From: Lama glama
Lineage: Eukaryota
NCBI GenBank assembly: GCA_028534125.1
Contig: CM052816.1
Coordinates: forward strand, 57,538,001-57,602,000
Direction: 5' to 3'
Length of the DNA: 64,000 bases
In this document: positions 12,336-23,968 of the stretch, in pieces
How positions within the stretch are numbered: position 1 is the first letter of the stretch
Layout: each line of letters begins with the position of its first letter
Translations under genes and position numbers: made by a program
The notes under the pieces: generated by a model
What the model was told of the DNA's origin: nothing
Seen by the model: only the letters and a program-made list of their open reading frames with translations
Databases searched by the model: none

Positions 12336-13861
12336 AAAAGTTTTATTTGATTTTACTTCAAATCTTGATAGTTTGTTGCTTCTTATTTACTTTTTCAGTT
12401 TTTTTCTTGTTGTCTCTTTAATCAGATTGTAATACTTTTCTTGAATTCTATATATGGTCTTTTTGATATCTGAAATATTAAAATATCTCCAGTGTTTGCA
12501 GATCTGGTTCTGTTATATGCTGTTCTTGAGATTTGAATTCATGTTGGCTTGTGTGCTTTGTGATTGCGTGTGTGTCTCTGTGATGGAAATTTTGCTTGAA
12601 ATTCTTAGAGCTCTGGGTTGTCAGAGTGCTTCTCCAGGGAAAATGTGTGTCTGCTTTATGCAGCTGTCTGATGGCACCACAGACTTGGGATCACTTGAAA
12701 CCACAATTCTTACACTATAGTTTTTTAAGGACTGCATAAGTAATGTAGACTTGGGCCTTAAATCCACTTAAGGACTATTCAGAAGGTATAAGTTACCAGA
12801 GGAGACTTTTTTATTCCCAACTTCTAGAGCGAAGGTAGAGACAGATACTATTTGTTTCTCTTGCATTTTCTGTGGGTCTTTTTTTTTTTTTTTCCTTTTT
12901 TCTTTTCCTATTTGTCTCTTTGCCTGACAGTGTATCCATTTCTGGGTCTCAGATTGTCATCTCCCTCTACATGTCTAAGACTTTGTATACTGGCCCAAGG
13001 CTTTGTTGATAGTCCCTGTGTGTCCCCATGCTGTAGATACAGTTACCCAGTGGCTTCCAAGCTTGCTTACTTTCCTAGACTCATGTTCTAGGCTTTGAAA
13101 GAAAACTCTCACCTTCTTGCAGCCTCAGATATTCAGTTAAACGTTCCCTGTCTATCTGCCATCTCTCTGTGCTTTATTTATATTTAATTGAGGTTTCAGG
13201 ATCTCCATTCTGCCATATGCTCTTCAGTCAGTTTTTATCTTCTATAACATTTGCCATGCCTAAAATCCTTTCTCCTGACCTTTTTCTTTCTCCTATTTTT
13301 CTGTAGAAACCCATCACAGGACTTAATCTAGTGAGAAGAGTGAAGATAAGTTCAAAATGATGATATTATGTGTCAGAAATCATCCGTTATTATTCTGGCA
13401 CTGCCAGTTGAGACTTATTAACCTCCGTGCACCTCAGTTTTTCTGATCTATATGGGACACACAGTTTTACTCTAGAGATCTCACTGCCTCCTTCTAGCCT
13501 CAACATTTGGTACAGAGTACAAATTCCTTCATGAGCCTGGTACTTGTGGTTGTTGGCCCTTGATTTATGATTTAGCACACTATCCTTCTGAGTATTTTTA
13601 AACACAGAAATTTATTTTAGCTTGATTTGACAGGACTCTTGTGTAGGCTTGTCTTGGTCCCTTGACTAGCCTTGGAGATGTCACTGAGCCTGTCTGAGCC
13701 TTGACATATTGGAGAAAGACTGTGCAGAGCCCTGGGGGTTGGAATCCTCAGAGTGGACAGGGAGGTACACTAGACGGAAAGGGTTTGGTTTGGGCATTGC
13801 TATTTTAACAGTTTCCCTTCCTTTCTCCCTTTAAAGGAAGAACCCAGTTTCTTCTTTACTA

Positions 13862-14125
13862 TGTTGGGAAAAAGCCAGTTCTTCGCTACTGCTTCTCTCC
13901 TGTGGGTCTCGTTCACTACTCACACAGAACACTTCACTTCTGGCACTTCTGGTCAAATATGTGGGGGTATTCCCCACAACAAGCAAGTCTCCTACACTAG
14001 CTGGATATCCTACAGTTTAACTCAACTGTAATGTTGTCTTTGCAGAGATAGTAAGGTAAGGGCACAACTCCCCCACTTCAGAAACGAGTTACAAGCTTAA
14101 GTCATCCATGCTCTGACCAACAGAT
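13862..14125 (-). mobile_element. MER21-like LTR fragment
   Basis: acacttcacttctggcacttctggtcaaatatgtgggggtattccccacaacaagcaa...ctggatatcctacagtttaactcaa...cccccacttcaga. Confidence 0.65.
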
Positions 14126-16233
14126 CTTTTCCCCATATGCTTGGTAATGTCTTGATTGAGGTCCATAAGTTCAGGGTGCGTGGGGTTCAGTACCTAGCTC
14201 CATGTAGGCTCTTGATTAGAAATCTCACCATCTTGGGAGTGCTGTGTAGAAGAGGCATCCATCCCTGACCCTCCCAGGACTGACCACCTCTCTACCCTTC
14301 TCACCTGTTCCTTCAACCCCTGCCCTCTCAGATGGCCTACATCTTTTTACATATGGTAAACTAAATCCGCAGGCTCTGTACTCTGCCCTGAAGAAAGGTC
14401 CCTTACCATCTTGAGAAGGGGAGGGAATAATACCATTTGGATTTTCTTCTAGAGTCTATTGTTGAGAAAAGATAGCCCAGTGTAATTTCTCAATGAAATT
14501 ATTCTTCCACACAAGTAATTATACATATAAGGACTTTACATTCAATTTTGACTGCTCTGAATTGTCTAAGTTGAGTTAGCTAATTTTTAGGATTTGATGA
14601 AATCTATATGCTAGTTAGGACTTTTCTTGAAAGATGTGAGAGAAATGGCAAATAAAACCCTAGATATGGAAAATTTTACTTGTCAAGCACATATGTACTG
14701 AAAGATCCAAGGTAAGCATATTTCAAAGAAATCACCAATGTTCTTGGGATAGTGATGATTGTTCTACTAAAAACAGTATAGAAAGTTAAATCTTATGTTC
14801 ATTTGTATTATTCTCCAAGTAATTGGTCTAGTTTGGTCCTGGTGGGGTATTTTGCTTTCTGAAATCATCTTTCACACATATGTATTGCAAAACATAATAA
14901 AATCTTCTTTAAAAAAAAGAAAGCATGCTCTTCACAGTTTTTCACTCCAGTGTGACTTTAGTACATAGGGATACTTTTTTTTCTTTTGGCTACCCAAACA
15001 AAAGGAGTCTAGTTCTTTGATGGAAATACAAGATTTCTGCTCTGCCTAGAGCATAGGTGTCTTCCCTGCAGATGTTTACTCAGTTGGGATGCTGAAAACA
15101 TTAAACCAGAAAAAGAAACATAAATTTATGCTTCCATTTTATGTCTTGCAAAATGGTGACAGGCATAAATACAACACGCATGCACCAAACTGAACCAAAT
15201 AAATAATAAGCAGGACTAAACTTTCCTATTTGTATGTAAAACATTATTATATTCTCCCCAATTTGCAACATTTACATGTCTCATTATGAGTAGGATGCTC
15301 AAAATGCTATAGAGGATTTCATTTCACTCTTTTTGTGCAATACCTGGTCTCCAAGAAATGTTAATGAGACAATATCATAAATCTTTATTCACTGAGTCTG
15401 GTATCTACCCTAAATTTGCATTTGCAAACTATGATTGCACTTGTTCCTAGAAAACTGGCATATGAATTTACTATTGCATATACAGGCAGGTTTCTTAAAG
15501 CCTCCTTTATCAAGGAATGTTGGAGGAGGAGAAATAACCACTGATAAAGACATATTTGAAATTCTTCTGAGCATATTCTTTTGTGTGGGTTTAGCAGAAC
15601 TTAAGCATGCAAAAATATAACATTTGCACTTTTTTTTCTATTTCAAAGAAACTCCCTTTTAATTTTTTGAGTTTATGCACTTGGGAATGTTATATACATT
15701 CCAAAGCCTTTCCTAAAAGGCTGAACTGTTCAAGGAAAAAATTCAAGAGTACAGTAGTAATAGTAATTCTAGCACCCTCTGGGAAGATTGCATTAACTTT
15801 TAATTTGCATGCATTTGCATTTTACAGTGGCAGTCATATATGTGCATAGTCGGGAGATCAAACTGTTCATAACCCTCAACTTCTGATAAATTATGCCCTA
15901 TTTAGAAAGCTGACAAGAGGTTAATCTTGACTCTGGAAAATAAATTTTTCTTTTAAAGCTTTCTTAGTCCTAGAGTATCACAAAGAATTACCAAGTGAGG
16001 GAACAAATTGCCCTTTAGAAGCTCACATAGTAAAGAGATGTTTTTCCAAAGATGGTGTTTTGATTGCTACCAGTTCTGTAAAGACTTTAAGTAGTACATA
16101 GACATTTTTTAAAGTGTCAATAATTAAATGTTTTTTGTAATGTGTGTTTGAAAAAACAAATTAACTTGGACATTATTTCTTAGGACAAGTCTAAAGGAGG
16201 TGGCAATATTAGATTCATTGATATAAAGAAACA

Positions 16234-16374
16234 TAAAGCAAATTTCTCTGGAAACAGAATTGACATACAAGAAATTCGTAGAGCTATCTTGGATGAAGTT
16301 TTTTAAAAAGCAAAAATCATGCAACAAAAAGTTTTGAGACAACTAGATATCTACATGCAAAGAATGAAGTTAAA
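16234..16374 (+). repeat. Copy 1 of 141-bp direct duplication
   Basis: 138/141 identical to 17455-17595 by manual alignment. Confidence 0.95.
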
Positions 16375-16639
16375 TAATAATAATAATATGGGTGATATTC
16401 AGATATGGCAAATTTTCTCTATCTCCTGTCTTAACTGTCTGAGCACCTTCAAAAGGCTTCAAACCTATTCTTTGTCAAACTCCTTTCTTCCAATCTCATG
16501 TGTACTGATGTTCTACTCTTCCCTTCCCTAGGCTCTAGCACCCTCATCTCCTCTTCCCAGTCTTGGGTGACACCATGGTCTGAGAACGCCACACTAAGGG
16601 CAGAGTTACATTTAACTCAAAGTCTTTAGATAATCTTCA

Positions 16640-16778
16640 ATGCAGTGTTGCCAAAGTGGGTCTAGGAATGGTCTATTTCAGAATCACCTGGGCTACTAGT
16701 TAAAAATGCAATTTGTGTTCTGGGGTGGGACCAAGGAAGGTAAGTTTTTAATAAGCACTCCTGGTGATTCTGATCCTA
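16640..16778. mobile_element. MER5-type fragment
   Basis: cagtgttgccaaagtgggtc...cagaatcacctggg...gttaaaaatgca...tctggggtgggaccaagga...ttaataagcactcctggtgattctgat. Confidence 0.65.
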
Positions 16779-17454
16779 ATGCCTAAGGGAGGCATTAGTG
16801 ATGGAAGTAAATGAAGGCAGCCCTAATTGCTTATCCCAGGGTAAGCAAAGGGACCCAGGAAACTGATCTGGCTAACAATTTCTCTATCCATTGGAATATT
16901 CTTATCATCTAACTTGAAAATGATACCTGGAAAAATAGAAGCTCTCTCTGGACTTTTGAGGTCAAAAGCCCCTTTTGAGCTTGCTGTACTGCTGCTCTCT
17001 CTGGCTTGGTCCTGGCCTTCCTGAACATCAGCTTTGCATAAGAGACTGCTGATGGCCAAGCCAGAGCTTAGGGAGGTGGCAAATCCCTAGCAGGAAAATA
17101 GTTATCCTTGGGCCCAGCCCAATGATATCTACTGTAGTCTTCTTTTTAAAGAGAAAGTGCTGTAGTCATAAGGCTCCTACATTCCATCCTTCTAACCTCT
17201 CTTCTCAAATTAAAAAGTGTTCAGTTTCATAAAGTAATTTTGGTTACTTGAAAATCCAGGTAGACTATCTATTCCTACGCTTTACAAAGGGCTTGATTTC
17301 AGTGATGCCATTTTGGTTGAGCCAAAGAAACCCAGTAAAGAAGATGTGGGGTGCAATAGGGAGTAACCTGAGATGTGGATGGACACTGGCAAACTCCTCC
17401 TGCCTGCCGTACATTAAAATATAATATCATCTCCATCACTAGAAGAAGCCTCTC

Positions 17455-17595
17455 TAAAGCAAATTTCTCTGGAAACAGAATTGACATACAAGAAATTCAC
17501 AGAGCTCTCTTGGATGAAGTTTTTTAAAAAGCAAAAATCATGCAACAAAAAGTTTTGAGACAACTAGATATCTACATGCAAAGAATGAAGTTAAA
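17455..17595 (+). repeat. Copy 2 of 141-bp direct duplication
   Basis: 138/141 identical to 16234-16374; runs directly into the L1MB element. Confidence 0.95.
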
Positions 17596-17877
17596 CCCTT
17601 ACTTCACACAGTAGACAAAATTAATTCAAAGTGGACCAAGGATCTAAAGATAAGAGCTAAAACTATAAAACTCTTAGAAGAAGATGGGCTTAAATTTTTG
17701 TAGTTTTGGATTAGACAATGTTTTTTTCCACATGATACTAAAAGTGCAAGTAACAACAGAAAAAGTAGGTAAATTGGACCTCATCAGAATTAATAAGTTT
17801 TTTTTGCTTCAAATGACACATCATCAAGCAAATAAAAAAACAAAAACAAAAACAAAAACCCCTAAAAAGAGGGAAAA
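17542..17877 (+). mobile_element. Old L1 (L1MB-class) ORF2 3' portion, left part
   Basis: gacaactagatatctacatgcaaagaatgaagttaaacccttacttcacac...agagctaaaactataaaactcttagaagaa...aaattggacctcatca; continues colinearly at 20227. Confidence 0.8.
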
Positions 17878-20222
17878 TCAACAAAAGAAAGGGCAAAAAA
17901 CACATGATCATCTCAATAGATTCAGAAAAAGCATTTGATAAAATTCAACATCCATTCATGGTTTAAAAAAAAACTTACCAAAGTGGGTATTGAGGGAACA
18001 TTTCTCAACATAATAAAAGCTATTTATGACAAACCCACAGCCACTGTAATACTCAACAGTGAAAAGCTGAAAGCATTCCTGCTAAAATCTGGAACAAGAC
18101 AAGGATGCCCACTGTCACTACTTTTATTCAACATATTATTGGAAGTCCTAGCCAGAGCAATCAGACAAGAAAAAAATAAAAACGATCCAAGTTGGAAGAG
18201 AAGAGGTAAAATTGTCACTATATGTAGATGACATGATACTATATGTAGAAAATCCTAAAGACTCTGCACAAAAACTACTAGAGCTGATAAAACAAAATGA
18301 GCAAGGTAGCAGGATACAGGATTAACATGCAGAAATCTGTTACATTTCTTTAAACTAACAATAAATATCAGAAAAGGAAAGCAAAAAAAAAATCCCTTTT
18401 AAAATTCCATCCAAAAAAATACTTAGGAATAAACCTGACCAAGGAAGTGAAAGACTTATACATGAATGACTATAAAACATTGATTAAGGAAATTAAAGAT
18501 GACTTAAAGAAATGAAAAGATATTCCATGCTCTTGGATTGAAAGAATTAATATTAAAATGTCCATAATACCCAAAGAAATCTACAGGTTTAATGTGATCC
18601 CTATCAAATTACCCAGGACATTTTCCACAAAACTAGAGCAAATAATCCTAAAATTTATATGGAATTACAAAAGACCCAGAATTGCCAAAGCAGTACTGAA
18701 GAAAAAGAATAAAGCTGGAGGTGTAACCTGCCCAGACTTCAGACAGTATTTCAGAGGTACAGTAATCAAAACAGCATGATATTGGCACAAAAACAGACAT
18801 ATGGATCAATGGAACATAACAGAGCCCAGAAAAACCCACTCCTATGTCTAATTAATTTTTGACCAAGGAGGCAAGAGTTTACAATGGAGAAAAGACAGTC
18901 TGTTCAGCAAATGGTGATGGGAAAGCTGGACAGCTGTAAATCAGCGAAGTTAGAACACTCCCTCACATCATACACAAAAATAAACTCAAAATGGCTTACG
19001 GACTTAAACATAAGACAAGACACCATAAACCTCCTAGAAGAGAACATAGGCAAAACAGTCTCATATAAATTGTAGCAATGTTCTTCTAGGACAGTCTACC
19101 CAGGCAATAGAGATAAAAGCAAAAATAAACAAATGGAACCTAATTAATGTTATAAGCTTTTGCACAGCAAAGGAAACTACAAACAAAATAAAAAGACAAA
19201 GACAGCCTAGAGAATAGGAGAAAATATTTGCAAATGATGCATGGACAAGGGCTTAATTTCTAGAATAAACAGCTCACACAGCTCAATAACAAAAAACAAA
19301 CAATCCAATCCAAAAATGGATATAAGACCAAAACAAACAATTCTCCGATAAAGACATACAAATGGTCAATAGGCACATGAAAAAATAATTGATACCGCTA
19401 ATTATCAGAAAAATTCAAATCAAAACTACAATGAGGTATCACGTTGCACCAATCAGAATGGCCATCATTCAAAAGTCCACAACGATAAATGCTGGAGAGG
19501 GTGTGGAGGGAAACCTCCTACACTGTTGATGGGAGTGTAGTTTGGTTTAGCCATTATGGAACACAATATGGAGATTCCTTAAAAAACTAAAAATAGACTT
19601 ACTATCTGATCCAGCAATCTCACTCCAGAAGAAACTCTATTTTGAAAAGATACATGCACCCCAGTGTTCATAGCAGCACTATTTACAATAGCCAAGACAT
19701 GGAAGCAACCTAAATGTCCATCGACAGATGATTGGATAAATAAGTTGTGGTATAAATATATAATGGAATACTACTCAGCCATTGAAAAGAATGAAATAAT
19801 GCCATTTGCAGCAACATGGATGGACCTAGAGATCGTCATTCTAAGTGAAGTAAATCAGACAGAGAAACAGCTATGCCATATGATATCACTTACATGTGGA
19901 ATCTTAAAAAAGTGACACAAATGAACTTATTTACAAAACAGAAACAGACTCACAGGTATAGCAAACAAACTTTTGGTCACCAGGGAGGAAAGAGAGTAGG
20001 GAGGGATAAAATGGGAGTTCAGGATTTGTATATACTAACTACTATATATAAAAATAAACAACAAGGTATAACACAGGGAACTATATTCAATATCTTGTAA
20101 TAGCCTATAATGAAAAAGAATAGGAAAAGGAATATATACATATGTATGTATAACTGAATCACTATGCTGTACACAGAAAATAACATAGCATTGTAAACTG
20201 ACTATACTTTAAATAAAAAAAT
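17878..20222 (+). mobile_element. Camelid-type L1, 5'-truncated (~2.35 kb): disrupted ORF2 (RT and C-terminal domains) plus 3' UTR
   Basis: ORF fragments with L1 ORF2 motifs: [48 protein letters not shown] at ~18221, [32 protein letters not shown]. Multiple stops and frameshifts; A-rich end. Confidence 0.95.
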
Positions 20223-20226
20223 TTTT

Positions 20227-21275
20227 AAAAGAAAGTATTTGCAAATCATATATCTGATAAAGGATTGATATCTAGAATATATAAAAAACTTACAACTTAA
20301 TTAAAAAAAGACCTAATTTTTTTTCAGTCTTCAGTTTTATTAGGTAGAATTGTTACAATTTGACTGCACATTTACAATGTATTGTATGTAAATACATATA
20401 CACAATAAACTGCACAAAAATGACCTAATTTTAAAATGGGCAAATATCTTAATAGACATATCTCCAAAGAAGATATAATGTGGTGAAAGAGTACATGAAA
20501 AGATATTCAATATCATTAGGTATCAGGGAAATGCAAATCAAAATCTCATTGAGATATCACTTCGCATCCATTAGAATAGCCGTAATAAAAAATAAATAGT
20601 AACAAGTATTGACAAGGATGTGGAGAAATTGGGATCCTCAGCCATTGCTGGTGAGAATGTAAAATAGTATGGCTACTTGGAAGAACAATCTGGCAGTTCC
20701 TTAAATATAGACTGTCATATGACCCAGCAATTTCACTCCTAGATACACCCAAGAGAAACAAAAACATACATCCACATAAAAAGTTTTACATAAATATTCA
20801 TAGCAGCATTGTTCAAAATAGCCAAATAGTGGGAACAACCCAAATATCCATCAACTGATGAGCAGATAAATAAAATGTGGTATATTCATATACTGGAATA
20901 TTATTCGTCAACAAAAAGGAATGAAGTTCTGATATCTGCAACAATATGGATGGACCCTGAAAATACGCTAAGTGAAAGAAGCTAGTTATAAAATATCACA
21001 TATTGTATGATTCCGTTTATGCAAATGTACAGAATAGGTAAATCCACAGAGACAGCAGATTAATGATTGCCAAGAGCTGGGGTGGGGGTGGGAGGGTGGA
21101 AGTTTGGAGAATTGGAAGTGACCGCTAAAGTTTCCTTTTATGGTGATTAAAATGTTCTAAAATTGATTGTGGTGATGGTTGCACAACTCTTTAAATATAC
21201 TAAAAACCATTGAAGTGTACCTTTAGTGTATGAATTATATGGTATGTGAATTGTATCTCAATAAGACTGTTACAA
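20227..21275 (+). mobile_element. Old L1 (L1MB-class) ORF2 end plus 3' UTR, right part
   Basis: gtatttgcaaatcatatatctgataaagg...atatgacccagcaatttcactcctag...aatgttctaaaattgattgtggtgatggttgcacaactct...ctcaataagactgtt. Confidence 0.9.
20321..20421 (-). pseudogene. Short 5'-truncated retro-insert of an unidentified polyadenylated RNA 3' end
   Basis: 11-bp TSD gacctaatttt at 20310-20320 and 20422-20432. Minus-strand AATAAA (tttatt at 20336-20341) lies ~12 nt before an oligo(A). TTTT/AA endonuclease site. Confidence 0.7.
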
Positions 21276-21639
21276 AGACAATCAGAAGGCCAGGAGGGCA
21301 CTCCTTAAATGGGAGGAATGGGGATTTGACAGGAAGTTCTTAGAAAGTCATTGTGTGAATACATGTGTGTTTCAATGTAGTGAAGCAAAGCTTCTGAATT
21401 CTTAGAGAACTGAGTGGACTGTGTGAAATAGAAGGTTTCCTTGAAAAGTGTTTACTGATTTCCTTGAAGCAGGTATTGGCGGTCATGAAGATGTATGTGC
21501 ATGAAGACTGGGGCCAAAGATAGATTCGGGGCCTGTATGCTTTAATAAGAATGAAAATATGAGTGTATAATAGGGAGGAGAAGAGGCAGAAGAAGAGGAA
21601 AAAGAAGAGGCGTTGGGGGAGGGGGAGGGCGGAAGGGGA

Positions 21640-22139
21640 NNNNNNNNNNNNNNNNNNNNNNNNNNNNNNNNNNNNNNNNNNNNNNNNNNNNNNNNNNNNN
21701 NNNNNNNNNNNNNNNNNNNNNNNNNNNNNNNNNNNNNNNNNNNNNNNNNNNNNNNNNNNNNNNNNNNNNNNNNNNNNNNNNNNNNNNNNNNNNNNNNNNN
21801 NNNNNNNNNNNNNNNNNNNNNNNNNNNNNNNNNNNNNNNNNNNNNNNNNNNNNNNNNNNNNNNNNNNNNNNNNNNNNNNNNNNNNNNNNNNNNNNNNNNN
21901 NNNNNNNNNNNNNNNNNNNNNNNNNNNNNNNNNNNNNNNNNNNNNNNNNNNNNNNNNNNNNNNNNNNNNNNNNNNNNNNNNNNNNNNNNNNNNNNNNNNN
22001 NNNNNNNNNNNNNNNNNNNNNNNNNNNNNNNNNNNNNNNNNNNNNNNNNNNNNNNNNNNNNNNNNNNNNNNNNNNNNNNNNNNNNNNNNNNNNNNNNNNN
22101 NNNNNNNNNNNNNNNNNNNNNNNNNNNNNNNNNNNNNNN
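21640..22139. other. Assembly gap (500 N)
   Basis: N run. Confidence 1.
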
Positions 22140-23545
22140 GAGGTAGGTAGATAATTTGCATAAAAATGGTTAAGTGGGAAAACAATTAGTCCCCATCAAA
22201 TCGGGACTAAGCCTCCCACCTCTCCTACCCTGGACTTCTTTCAAGTGTCTGCTTCTGCTGAGAGTTCCTCTGAGAACATCAAGAGCAAGTGTCATGCAAG
22301 CTCTTTATTTCCAGTGTTGGCTTCTGCTCTTCTCCTTTGCTAAACTGGGCTAAACATTGTGAGCCTCACTGCCCCCTCAATCCCAGGATTGGGCTTCTTC
22401 TAACATTCTTACTCCTTGAGGGCAAAATAGGTGCTTCAGAAGTAGGTTCCCAGTTCTCCATTTCAAAGGGAAGAAGCTAAGAGAAGGAATTTAATTTGGG
22501 CCCCCTTTTCCCAGCCATGAAAAGCTTAGTCCTTTGATATGGATGCCCCACTGTAGTCCTTCAGTGTCCTTGATGCATGAGGTCAAAGGGTCCTGACAAT
22601 TAGACAAAAGGGAAAAATTGCAAACCCTTGTTTTTTATATCAGAGTAATAGTAATTATTTTCATTTACATGATTTGCTTATGCCTGGTTACCAGGTAGCA
22701 CAACGATTATTTGTACTGGAAAATCTGAGTCAGATTAATTTTATCGTGCATTTTGATTACTAAATTCTTTCCTTAAATGCTCTATTTTCAGAGCTTATTA
22801 TTTGTAACATGGTCATGACTTCCCATAGCTGAAAACAAAATTAAAAGGAACAATTGTGTGAAATGTTTTTGACTAAACCTAGTAATTTTTTCTCCAGCAG
22901 TATTTTAGGACAAAAATCTTAATATAGCCACATTTATACATGCTCTTTTATCTTGTTGCAGGGCTAGAATCAGAAACGGACTTAGTTTACAAATTTCTAT
23001 GGTCCCTCATCTGTACCATGTGATAGAATTAAGGCATTTCCTACTTAGAAAATGCTTTCTTAGGAAAAGAAAAGAAATCAGTGCTGTTTGGTCTTCCTGG
23101 TACAGAGGAAGATGCCTTCTCAGTAGCATAAGTAGGTCATTGTTATTCCGTTCTCTTTGGCTCTTTCTGCAACTGTTGATCACCCTCCCTAACTGCAGTG
23201 GTGCTTTAGTGCTCTTTTGACAAATAATTCAAATAATTTCGACCAGTTGCTATTTCCTGTTGATCTATACCCTTGATTTTCAAACCATTTTCATGAAGGA
23301 GACTTGAGTTACCATTACTTTTACCTTTTATGGCCAGTGGAATTGTCCCTTAATTTATTTTCAGCAGAGCAAGTATAGTCACTTGTATATCTTTTCTTCA
23401 GTCATTAGTTATCAAAACTATTCACAGAAAAGAAAATGATGGCTGGAGGAGAGATGACATCTGAGTGGATGGAGTGGACAGTGTCCCTCAGATTAAGAAA
23501 AGTAGATTATGTCATGTTGGAACCCACTGGCTATGTGTCACAAAT

Positions 23546-23968
23546 TGTGAAGGGTCTGAAATTTTACCCTCCTTGCAAAGTATCAAGTTAGCCTGCCACA
23601 GTTTCGTGGATGCCAATAGAAGGCTTGGGACTCCTGGATTAGAGACAAAGAACAGTTTTACTCACAGCAATAGCAGCAGCTAGCAATATTGAGTGGGTTC
23701 CCTGAACCCCAATTCTCATAGTGTGATATTGCTAGGGCCAGGTGACGCCTGCACAGGCAGAGTGTTGCATTACAGGCAGCTGTGACCTTACCCAGATCTT
23801 ATACAGTGGGCAGTAAGCAAGCCTACCCTTTGCTCTGGAGGGAGACACTAAGCTATATCTTCCAAGGCTTTTCATTATAGAAATGTTCCTGTAAAGATGG
23901 TCAGGAACAAAGGGCAGTCAGTGCCTCACTTGTAAGACATGCAGAGACCCACAGAGAATTGCCTGTCA
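23546..23968 (-). mobile_element. ERVL-class solo LTR (MER74/LTR53/MER54 group)
   Basis: TG...CA termini; begins tgtgaagggtctgaaattttaccctccttgcaaagtatcaagttagcctgccacagtttc. Exact family uncertain; no TSD seen. Confidence 0.7.

Larger units (their letters stand above)
8060..13250 (-). mobile_element. Composite of ancient fragmented L1M (L1ME/HAL1-like) sequence, host to younger insertions at 11530-12349
   Basis: T-rich strand. ORF2-like reverse motifs at 9130-10500 (attgaatagaaatggtgaaacagcagacatct; tttcctgcatctgttgtgatg; aatttttgcatctatattt) and ORF1-like reverse motifs at 10900-11500 (gaaattctaggtt...tttctcagcacattgaag). Subfamily and edges uncertain. Confidence 0.6.

Noticed and set aside
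17878..20222. Active L1 or intact reverse transcriptase
   Set aside because: 5'-truncated (no promoter, ORF1 or endonuclease) with many stops and frameshifts.
21340..22185. Long ORFs of 177-281 aa (also those at 42163-42510 and 60870-61489)
   Set aside because: Artefacts of translating through N gaps.
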